The notes beneath the pieces were generated by a model, which was given only the letters and a program-made list of their open reading frames with translations, did not search any database and was not told the origin of the DNA. Both the position numbers and the translations under genes were made by a program. This document shows positions 53,872 through 63,400 of a DNA stretch of 64,000 nucleotides, in pieces; the first letter of the stretch is position 1, and each line of letters opens with the position of its first letter. This DNA comes from an uncultured bacterium. Lineage in GTDB: Bacteria > Omnitrophota > Omnitrophia > Omnitrophales > Aquincolibacteriaceae. The stretch covers positions 107,711-171,710 of the forward strand of contig CAZSFZ010000002.1 in NCBI GenBank assembly GCA_964606385.1, read 5' to 3'.

Positions 53872-55011
53872 ATGTTATTCTCTCCCATGCCAAAACAAGA
53901 CCTCCTGATCATCGCCTCAAGCGATAAAGATGCCGACCTTTATTACGCGACGAAATTCATTGCCCCCGACCCGTTCGTTTTTGTCCAAGTCCATGGGAAA
54001 AAATACATTCTTGTAAGCGACCTCGAGATCGACCGGGCAAGGAAACAGGCCCATGTGGACGATGTCTTCTCAAGTTCCCGTCTTGCCCTGGATTACAAAC
54101 AAACCCACAAAAAAAAATGCTCCTTTATCGAGCTGGTCCTTTATTTCCTCAAAAAACTCGGGATCCATAGCGTTCTTGTCCCCGGAAATTTTCCCGTTCA
54201 ATATTACGTGCCCTTACGCCATGCCGGCCTCAGGGTCCAATACAAGCACGGGATCTTCTTTGAAGAACGTCTGATCAAGAGCCGTCCGGAGATCGTCGCG
54301 ATCACTCGGGCTTTGCGCGCTACGGAAAAAGCCGTTGATCAAGCCGTCAAGCTTTTGAGATCTTCGAAGATCCGGCGGAACAAACTTTATTTCCAGGGAA
54401 AATTACTCACGAGTGAAACCCTTCGCACCCTGATCCACCAAGCGCTTCTCGCGAACGGGTGCACCGGAGAACACACGATCGTCGCCTCCGGTCGTCACTC
54501 GATCGATCCTCACGACCAGGGATCGGGCCCGCTTGAAGCTCATCAACCGATCATCATGGATATTTTCCCGCGCAGTGAAAAAACGCTTTATTACGCGGAT
54601 TTCACCCGCACGGTCGTCCGCGGCAAAGCCTCCCCGGCCCTCAAAAAGATGTATGCCGCGGTGAAAGAAGCTCAACGGATCGCTTTTAAAATGATCCGCC
54701 ACGGCGCCCACGCGAAGAAGGTCCACGAGGCGATCCAGAACAGATTCGCGGAACTCGGATTTAAAACAGGCTTCAAAAACGGCCGGATGCAGGGATTTTT
54801 TCACAGCACGGGGCATGGGCTCGGCCTCGATATCCATGAACCGCCCCGCATCAGCGTCGGGGACGATGTGCTTAGAGAGGGCCAGGTTGTAACGGTAGAA
54901 CCCGGCCTGTATTACAAAGGCGTCGGCGGCATTCGCTTGGAAGACGTGGTCGTCGTCACCCGAAACGGCTGCAACAATCTCACGAAATTCCCCAAACAAC
55001 TCGAGATCTAA
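53872..55011 (+). CDS. M24-family metallopeptidase (Xaa-Pro aminopeptidase/creatinase-like)
   Basis: C-terminal pita-bread fold motifs [13 protein letters not shown] and [22 protein letters not shown]. Confidence 0.85.
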   Translation: MLFSPMPKQDLLIIASSDKDADLYYATKFIAPDPFVFVQVHGKKYILVSDLEIDRARKQAHVDDVFSSSRLALDYKQTHKKKCSFIELVLYFLKKLGIHSVLVPGNFPVQYYVPLRHAGLRVQYKHGIFFEERLIKSRPEIVAITRALRATEKAVDQAVKLLRSSKIRRNKLYFQGKLLTSETLRTLIHQALLANGCTGEHTIVASGRHSIDPHDQGSGPLEAHQPIIMDIFPRSEKTLYYADFTRTVVRGKASPALKKMYAAVKEAQRIAFKMIRHGAHAKKVHEAIQNRFAELGFKTGFKNGRMQGFFHSTGHGLGLDIHEPPRISVGDDVLREGQVVTVEPGLYYKGVGGIRLEDVVVVTRNGCNNLTKFPKQLEI

Positions 55012-55017
55012 AAAACC

Positions 55018-55287
55018 ATGGAAATCCTCTTAAAGATCAGCGCGCTGGCAGGAGCGATCCTTCCTCTTTTTAATATTCCCCTCATCATGCGGATCGTGAA
55101 ACGCAAGTCCGCTGACGATATCAGTCTTGTTTGGGTATTCGGAGTTTGGATCTGCATCCTTCTCATGTCCCCTGCCGCACTCACTTCCCAAGATTTCGCC
55201 TTCAGGTCGTTCGGCTGGGCCAATGTTGTTTTCTTCACCGGCGTCGTCTTTGTCACCGTGAAGTATCATCATAAATTCAAAAAATAG
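55018..55287 (+). CDS. Small 3-TM membrane protein, possibly PQ-loop/SemiSWEET-like
   Basis: 89 aa; FNIPLIMRIVKRKSADDISL resembles a PQ-loop motif with L for Q; weak. Confidence 0.4.
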   Translation: MEILLKISALAGAILPLFNIPLIMRIVKRKSADDISLVWVFGVWICILLMSPAALTSQDFAFRSFGWANVVFFTGVVFVTVKYHHKFKK

Positions 55288-55362
55288 GGCTACGTTCTAC
55301 GGGCCACGCCCCACGCAGTAGCAACTCGTGGACCGTGGATCGGGAGCGCGTGGACCGGAAAA

Positions 55363-55731
55363 ATGCATCCCAAATACAAACGTATGCTGGAAGGTCTGAA
55401 AAAGCAGTATGGGGGAAAGAAGAAATCCTCCGACCCATGGTCCCTTTACATTCTCCGTTGCTGCGACGGAACTTTCTACACGGGCATCACGAATGACCTC
55501 GAGCGCCGCTTTAAAATGCATCAAGCGGGCAAGGCCTCCCGCTACACACGCACGCGGGGACCGGTGGAAATGCTCTACTCGGAGACGTGCGGCGACCGCT
55601 CCAGCGCCTTGATCCGTGAGTGTGAAGTGAAGGAATGGCCGCGCGCTAAAAAGCAAGCGCTGACAGAATCGGGGAATGGGAAACGGGGAACGCGGCGAAA
55701 AACGAAAGCTGTGAAACGCGCGGAAAGTTGA
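55363..55731 (+). CDS. GIY-YIG nuclease-superfamily protein (YhbQ/UPF0213-like)
   Basis: WSLYILRCCDGTFYTGITNDLERRFKMHQAGKASRYTRTRGPVEMLYSE GIY-YIG core; C-terminal basic tail overlaps a REP-like element. Confidence 0.75.
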   Translation: MHPKYKRMLEGLKKQYGGKKKSSDPWSLYILRCCDGTFYTGITNDLERRFKMHQAGKASRYTRTRGPVEMLYSETCGDRSSALIRECEVKEWPRAKKQALTESGNGKRGTRRKTKAVKRAES

Positions 55732-55780
55732 TGGTTTTGCGTTACCCGTTCCACGAGTAACGTTCCCCGCGTTAGTCCAG
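55673..55780. repeat. Long REP-like palindrome (GGGGAACG family) spanning the convergent intergenic region
   Basis: gggaatgggaaacggggaacgcggcg...gcgttacccgttccacgagtaacgttccccgcgtt; arms mutually reverse-complementary (acggggaacgcg / cgcgttccccg). Confidence 0.5.
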
Positions 55781-56398
55781 CTGATCTTCCAGCTTGCTCT
55801 TCAGCGCATCCATCTGCTTCAGAAGATAGTCCGGTACCAGGTCCTCTTCTTCCAGCTGGGTCTTCGCGGAATTCAAAAACCCGATCAATCGCCGTAAGAT
55901 AGAACCACGCTTTTGCTCTTTCATTTCCGGCGTTTCTTTCGGCGCGTGGGTCTCGAGGATCTTCTTCACCTGCGCCCGGACCTCTTTAATTTCTTTTCCC
56001 TCGTTCAGGACATCGTTCCGGAGCTCGGCGAATTCATTGGTGGGAATATTCTTGTTATTCTTCGCAAGCCGCAGCGCGTTCACGGCTTCATAATCGGGGA
56101 TCTTCCGCGGCGCCTCTTCTTCCGTGTAATCGGGCTTCACGATACGCGGTTCTTCTTTTTCAAGGAACGCGTAGGACTTGATGAGCTTGGACGCCGTCGC
56201 TTCTTTGATGTTCAGCTCTTTTTTACAATACGTCTCAAAGGCTTGGTAGCCCCAATCTTTAAAAAGCTTGTTTTTGTAGATGGAGAACAGGTGTTGTCCC
56301 AACTGGATCCAGCTGGCTTTGTGCTGTTTCGCGATCTCAACCGTTTTAACGCGTAATTCGTCGTTGCTCATAATTTTTTCCCGGGAAACGATGAACAT
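55772..56398 (-). CDS. Hypothetical K/E-rich protein, AT-richer than surroundings, flanked by REP-like elements
   Basis: 208 aa (probable start MSNDELRVK); N-terminal ~70 aa could be a helix-turn-helix-like domain; no firm family assignment. Confidence 0.5.
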   Translation of the reverse strand: MFIVSREKIMSNDELRVKTVEIAKQHKASWIQLGQHLFSIYKNKLFKDWGYQAFETYCKKELNIKEATASKLIKSYAFLEKEEPRIVKPDYTEEEAPRKIPDYEAVNALRLAKNNKNIPTNEFAELRNDVLNEGKEIKEVRAQVKKILETHAPKETPEMKEQKRGSILRRLIGFLNSAKTQLEEEDLVPDYLLKQMDALKSKLEDQLD

Positions 56399-56450
56399 GA
56401 AACGGATAACGTGAATGTTCAGCGTTCCCCGTTTCCCATTCCCCTGTTTT
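56399..56450. repeat. REP-like palindrome (gaaacggataacgtgaatg / ttcagcgttccccgtttc)
   Basis: Halves are near reverse complements; same unit family as the other elements. Confidence 0.5.
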
Positions 56451-57371
56451 CTAAATGAATTCTAACTCCACCTTTTTCGGAATGATCTTGTGTTCGTACG
56501 CCCTATCAAGAAGCTTGCGGAATCCCGCCTCCCCGTCCTGGCCGATATCGATCGTGCGATCGTTCACATACATCGCCACAAAACGGTCGTTCAGCTCGTG
56601 GGAGATGCCGCGGCCGAACTGACCCGCGTATTCTAGGGCATCTTTGCGGTGGTTCAAGGCGTATTCGATGCTTTCTTTAAAGAGTTTTGAGAACTCCAAA
56701 ATCGTTTCTTTGCCCAGGTCCCGCCGTATGATATCGATCCCGAGAGGAAGCGGCAGCTTTGTCTCTTCATACCACCAGGCCCCGAGATCCACGATCTTTT
56801 CAAGCCCATGTTGGGCGTGCGTGATCTGCCCTTCATGGATCACAAGCCCGAGATCGGCTTCTCCTGATTTTACGGCATTGAAAATTTTGTCGAAGGGAAC
56901 AAAGATGGCTTCGAAGTCGCCATCCGGGGAACGGGGAACGGGAAACGTCTTTTCTTCTATCTTTTGAAAAAGTTGCAGGGCCAGATAGGCTGTTGTCAAT
57001 TGCCCCGGGATGGCGATTCGCTTTCCGCGAATCGAGGAGAACGCTGAACGATAAGGATCCTGCGTTCCCCATTCCCCGTTAACCGTTCCCCGGGCAACAA
57101 GAATCGGCCCGTACTTATACCCCACGCTCGCGCCGGACCGCATGACGATATATGTGTCCGCGAGATAGGCATAGGCGTGACAGGAAACGGCGGTGACTTC
57201 AAGCTCGCCCTTGAGCGCGCGTTGGTTCAGGGATTCGATGTCTTCGATCACATGTTCGACCTTGAAGCCGCGCATGTCGATCTTTTCATGGGCAAGCGCG
57301 TAGAACATGAACGCGTCATCGGGGTCCGGGCTGTGGCCGATACGGATCGGGATCGTTGGGGTCTTTTTCAT
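56451..57371 (-). CDS. MqnA/MqnD-family protein (futalosine-pathway menaquinone biosynthesis, periplasmic-binding-protein-like fold)
   Basis: N-terminal IRIGHSPDPDDAFMFYAL signature typical of MqnA/MqnD. The coding sequence contains GTTCCCCGTTCCCCG-type repeat units (encoding TFPVPRSPDG and RGTVNGEWGT). Confidence 0.55.
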   Translation of the reverse strand: MKKTPTIPIRIGHSPDPDDAFMFYALAHEKIDMRGFKVEHVIEDIESLNQRALKGELEVTAVSCHAYAYLADTYIVMRSGASVGYKYGPILVARGTVNGEWGTQDPYRSAFSSIRGKRIAIPGQLTTAYLALQLFQKIEEKTFPVPRSPDGDFEAIFVPFDKIFNAVKSGEADLGLVIHEGQITHAQHGLEKIVDLGAWWYEETKLPLPLGIDIIRRDLGKETILEFSKLFKESIEYALNHRKDALEYAGQFGRGISHELNDRFVAMYVNDRTIDIGQDGEAGFRKLLDRAYEHKIIPKKVELEFI

Positions 57372-57435
57372 AGGAGCGGCATTATAGCCTGATTCTCTTT
57401 TGGGTAAAACGAGAAACGGAAAAGCGGTTCGCGAA
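57372..57435. repeat. Intergenic element with GAAACGG / GGAACGGGATAACG units (REP-like family)
   Basis: aaaacgagaaacggaaaagcggttcgcgaattacgcggaacgggataacgcgaac. Confidence 0.4.
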
Positions 57436-60400
57436 TTACGCGGAACGGGATAACGCGAACTGGCCCGCGATCTTGTCCGCCAGAGACTGGAAGAGTTGGC
57501 CCGCGGCAGTGAGGAACCGCTCGCGCATGCCCTTGTCCATTACGATCAGGTCGTCCTTGAGCTCGGCCTTGAGTTCTTCGGCGAGCATCAATTCGTCGGA
57601 ACTGATCATGCCGCGGAGGGCGGCGCCGGGCTTTGCGATCCTAGAACGGGCAAGTTTCACGTCGGTAATGACGAACACGCGGTCCTGCAAGCCTTCCTGT
57701 TTAATCAGAGCTTCCGCTTGGGCGACTAGCGCCGCGTCGTTTTTCACAAGGATCGCGAACGTGCTGTCCTTCAGGATGCTCTTCGCCATTTCGATCATAC
57801 CTTTACGCAGGGCGAGATCCGAACCCAGGATAAAGGCGTAGCCAATATTCGGGGCAAGGCCGAGGACTCGCTTCGCCGCTTCCGCATGAACCTGTTGAAC
57901 GACAGGAACTTTCGCAATCGCCGGCATAAGCGTTTCCACAGCGTTCAGCGTATGCGCCAGGAGCGGGATGATCCCGTCCATGATCTTCTCTGTGACGGAA
58001 CGTATGCCTTTTTCGCCGCTTCCTCCCCGCCGTATATTCTCGCGGACAAACAGATCATAGGTAGAGATCATGGGGGTCTTTTCCTCTACCTTCAGGACCT
58101 GATCATCCATAAAAGCCGGCACGGGCAAACTCACAAATTTCGGTAAATCGGAACCGGATTCTTTTCTAAGCTCGCTTCGAAGCGCCGCGAGTTTAGAGGT
58201 GTCTGAGGATTTTTCCCCGAATACGTAGCCGCGTACTTCGGCCGGTGTATCCATGAAAAGCGGGATCATGATCTGCTCCATGACCTTGGCATATTCCTCA
58301 TTCACCGCCTGGTCCATTCCCGGTTTTTCGTTCATCCCCGTGAACCAGTATCCCCGTTCATCGCTCGACCAAACGGTCACGAGCATATCCAGCGTCCGGC
58401 GGAGCCCGTACGTGAACGCCTGATCTTCTTTGAAGTTGGAAAGTTTTGCAAGCTGATCCTGCACATCGCCATAGATCCTGCCGATCGTTTCAGCAAGCAT
58501 GGGAGAGCGCGCATCATAGAAAGCTTTGCGCTGTCCAAGAAGCTCGTGAAGGCCCGCCAAACGCGCTAGAACCTGTTCTCGGTCCGCGGGAGCCTGGGAA
58601 GCGGGTTTCGGATCAAGCTTTTTGACCATGGAGATCCTGGGCTGCTTCTCCAGAAGATTGATGGAAAAATGCGCGAGCTCCCGGTCCTGGCCGTTCAAAA
58701 TGACCGCGCCTGTTTTTTGGAGGAAGTGAAGCTGGACGATATCTTTGATCAGGAAATACCGCATTTCCGGATGCTCGCCGGCAGCGGCAACTTCGATCAT
58801 CGCAAGCGTCCTGTCCCGGACCAGATTTTGTAACCGGACAAATTCCCTGAAAAGTTTTTCGATCCGAACCTTGAGAGCGCCGGCATCCGTCGGATCCACC
58901 GGGGCCCGGAGAAGCGCTTCAATGGCCGCCTCACTTTTAGCGATCTGACCGTAGGGAGTTTCTTTTAAAAGGATTTTTCCAAAATCCCTGCGGACATCCT
59001 GTTTCGCTTTTTCTATTTCGAATTCCGGAAAACTTTCCTGATAAAGCGCTCGATAAAGCACCTGCGCCTGCATCGAAGCCTTATCTTCAGCCTGTCGCAG
59101 AATACCTTGCCACGTCTGATTGTAGGCCTTAATGAGCTCATCATAAGCTTCCAAAGCGGTCCGTGCGGTCTCAACGCGCTGGATCCCCCAGTGAGATTGC
59201 CGTTCATTCCAGGCTTCCTGGATCCCGGAAAGGACTTTGGAAAACGAAGCCGCTTTCGGGGAAATAACAGGCTGTTTTGGAGTTTCTTCTTTCGTGACAA
59301 CAGGCGTTGTGACTGGTAAACCGGCATATTCGGCTTGAGTCACTACGGCATCCGCAACAACCCCCGCCTCCAATCCCAACCCTTCTGCCAGCGTCGTTTC
59401 GTCCATCAAAACATACTCTAAGGGCGCGGGCTCCTTGAACCGGATCCCGCCTCTCTGAACCTCAGTAGTAAAGCTTTCGATCCCCTTTTGCCTTTCGATC
59501 CCCTGCAAAGCGTTAGCCATCAGGTTTTCGAGCATTCGCGAGTGCTTGGCGTTCGTCAGAACAAGGGCCGTGCGTTCGCCGTTCGAGAAAGTAAGGGTGA
59601 CATGACTGCCGAGACGGGCAAATAAAGCTCCTTTATCGGCCGCAAGACGTTCGGGCAAGGCCCCCAGCAAGGCATTCTCCTGCTCCTGCCTCGATTGCAG
59701 CGGCGCAAAACCCAGCATCGCCAGAAGCGCGTCCTGATCGGGATCATTCGAAACGGCCACGAGACGGATGGGTTGGCGGTCCGCCTCTGCTTGCCGCACA
59801 ACCTGAGAAAGGCTCGCGAGCGTGCGGTCGATATCCTGAGCAAAGAACCATTCTTTCGCGCCCACGGTTTTAACTTGATCTTGCACCATAACTCCGGTTC
59901 TGTTTATTGTTCGAACTTCCGAGCGAATATTAGGCGTCTGCTTTTTAAGAAGTAAAAATTGGGCGCGCGGGGCGTTCGGGGCAGCCCGAACTTTATGGGT
60001 CCAGCCCTGGAGCAAGTCTTCGCGCAAACCATAATCTTCTTTTGTAACCAGGTTCGTCACTTGATAACGCACCCCCGATTCGATGAACCTCTCCAGACCG
60101 TTTTGGATCCTCGTCGCGACTTTTCCGTCGCTCTCATATTCGCTTTTATCGGTCCCTAAAATGATCGAAGCGAAAAAAACGTCTCCGGTCATTGGTATTT
60201 TTCTCGCCAAAACAAGCGAACCTTGGTGGGAAGCGTCAAATACATAATAGTGATGGCCATTGGGATCAAAGAACTGATCCCCGAACAATTCTTTCAAAGT
60301 CATGATCGCTTTATTAAGATCGGCCAGGAAACGCGGGCTTCCCCACGAAGGAATGCGGGAAGCCGTAAGAAGATCGGGCCTGAAAAGGCCCAGGATCGCC

Positions 60401-63400
60401 AGCAAAGGACGCACGTTGTCTTTGAAAAGGAATTGCGCGTTTTTCTGATCGTAATAAGAAAGATCTTCGAGCTGTTCAAAAAAGTGGCTGGTGATCACCT
60501 CTCCTTCCGCGCGCTGGTAATCAGCCCCCGCTTGCCGGATCAATTGCTTTAAAGAGGCCATGGCTGTCATGTCGCGATCGCTGATCCGGTCGATGATCCT
60601 CACGATTTCCGGTAACCGCACCGGCGTCCACTTCAAGATTTCAATGCCCAGCGGCATGGGGATTCCGATCCCGATCTCGTCCATCAATTCTGATTTTGGA
60701 TGAATTTTGTAGACCCTTCCAAGTTTTGGTTCCGAAATCCGGACTTCCTGGGCCTCCGTATCCCCCCCCACCAGATCCGAAAAAGTTCCGGGATCGATGG
60801 ATACCCGAGTGCGTGCTTTATACCCCTGGAATTCCTGTTTCTCCTCATGTTTAACGGGGGCATCCACGTTCAGATTCACCAGGAATGACTTGCCATCCTT
60901 CATTTTGAAAAGGTAGGACAAGATCGAATGATCCTGCGTCCCGAGCGATCGCGCATTGGAGTGATGGTCTAAATAGCGGGCGATATAACCGGCCCATGGC
61001 TGGTAATTGATCTTCACGCCCTGAACCAATTGTTCTGCTAAAACACGCGCCTCTGCGGGGGTAGAAGTTTCCATATAGCGCTCGAACCAGTTCCCCGCCA
61101 TGCGCACCAAAAGCGTCTCGGTGAGCTCCATGGCTTGCAAGTTCAGCGTGATCCGTTCTTTTTCATCGGCTATCGCGGCGCGAGCAGCTAGATCCTCTAT
61201 CTGTTTTTTAAAAGGATCCAATCCCGGAGAAAGACGGACTAGTATAGTTTCTTTTAAATATTTAAAAATGTCCCCATAGAAAGCGTGATGTCTGACGCTG
61301 TTATGCGCTTCAATCCCGCGCGTAGACGCATCATAGTCTTCCCGGATCGAACCATCCGGCTGTTTCTTGGGAACTTTATTCTGCCAACTCTTAAGGTCCC
61401 GGAAAGATCTGAACATCCCGAAAAGCCCCATGCCGGGCGCCGAATGTTTTCGTCTTCCGCTGATCCCCTGCCATTCAAAATCCGGCGCCTGAACAGGAAC
61501 GACATAATCGGAAGCTTCGAATTTCAATTGGGAGAACATCGCTTCCCGCTCCGCGTCTTCCTGCAACATGTTCTCGATCATCAGCGCGTGACCCATCGCC
61601 TGACCGACCACCATATCCACACGCCATGCGTTGGAAACCGACTGGTACATGCGCTCCCGGCGCCCCGCCGGATCCTTGCGCAGCGTCTTGACCGTTTTTA
61701 GGGCTTCCAGAAGACTGCGGGCTGAAGGTCTCCATTCGCCGCCCTCCTGGGTGCTTTTTTCGCTTTCGTTATAATCCACGTACACTCCGTTCAAAAGTCG
61801 CCATTCACCGCTGTGTAATTTTTCACGGAGCGTTTTATAATCGAAGGCTGGTTCTCCCTTTTCATTCAAGACTTCGATGTTTTTTCCTGTTTTCGTGTCG
61901 CGAATGATCCAGATCTCCGGGTTGCTGCCCGCGAAAGGACCGATGACTTCTCCGCCATTCGCCATCACTTTCATCATGCTTGTCGCGGAAGCTTCGAGGT
62001 CCTTGTCCGAAAGCATGACCCCGCCTTGCACGCCTTGGAAAATGATCTCGGCCTCGTAGTAGGTATAATCATCCAGAGTCGCGATGCGGTCTTCCAGGCC
62101 TAATAATTCGGACATGAACCCGATGTAAAGATAACGCTCATAGGCGTCCGCTTCGTCAAAGGTGCGACCGCCGATCAAAACGCGGCAGATCGACTCCCGG
62201 ACTTCCTGAACCGCGGCCTGGTCTTTCAGCCGAGCGCGAACCGCTTCGAATTCCCGCTGGAAACGGCCCTGGTCCTGATTTTCGCCTTTGCGGTAACTTT
62301 TCCAAAATTGAAACAAGGGATCAAACGGGCGATTGAACCTTCCGCTCCGGTCCGCGGAAATTCCCGCCTGCCGGGCCGCTTCGGCAGCCGCCGGCAAGAT
62401 CTTGCCCAAGATCTCTTCAACTTCGATCTCTTCATATTTGTCCGGGCCTTTATAAGCGACTTGTCTTCGAATATTCGAAACAACCGGATCGGCAAGAATA
62501 AGGTCGCGGATTTTTGCAAATCTTGTTTCCAGTGCATCCCAATCCTCCGGCTGGTTTGCAAAAGCAGCTTTTTGAATCAACTCCTGCATGTCTTTTAAAC
62601 GAGCCATAAGCGTTACGTCGTCCCATCCCTGCTCCCGCTGGTATTCCTTTAAGGTGTTGCCCAGCCAGTCCCGGAGCCCTTTAAACCCGCGTTTTTCCCG
62701 CAGCCAGGCCAAGAACCGGGCGGCATCCGAAGCCATGATCCATTCATTTTGAGCTTTAAAATATTCCCGCAAATCCGGATGTTTGTCCAATTCTAGGAAA
62801 AATTCCCGGTCGTTCGACGCTGGAGGAAGCCCATATTCGGGAGGTTGAAACGCGATCTGACGTTTATATTGTTCGATCAAGGCGCGCCGGGCCTTTGCCT
62901 GCCAGCGCGGGAGGAAAACCCCATTCGTGCTTCGGATCTGTTGTTGAGGATCATAAAAACCTTTGACGCGATGCCACGCAACTCGAAAAATATTCTTGAG
63001 AAGAGCGGGTAGATGTTCTACCAGATTGACGCCGGAAATAAGATCGTAGATCTCGGCCGTAAAATCCGCGATGCTGATCTTGCCGTCATGAACGATCACT
63101 GAACGCAGCCATTCCGGAAACCTGAAAAGACCATAATGGCCTTCCCACGCTTCAAAGAGTCCGGGGCGGAAAACGGTGTGGTTCAGGGTAACGCGCTTGG
63201 CTTTTTTAAGAAAAACCTGGGGGAGACTCACAAAAACCTCGTGATCAAGGATCACAAGATGGTCAGGGTCCGGGTTGCCTTCGAGCGCCTGGATCAGGCG
63301 TTCGCTTGCCTCTTGAAAGGCCGCCATGTGGATCTCACGCATCCCGGTGTCGTCGTACACTTCTTCGAAAAACGGCTCCTCTTTTCCTTCCGCGCTTTTT

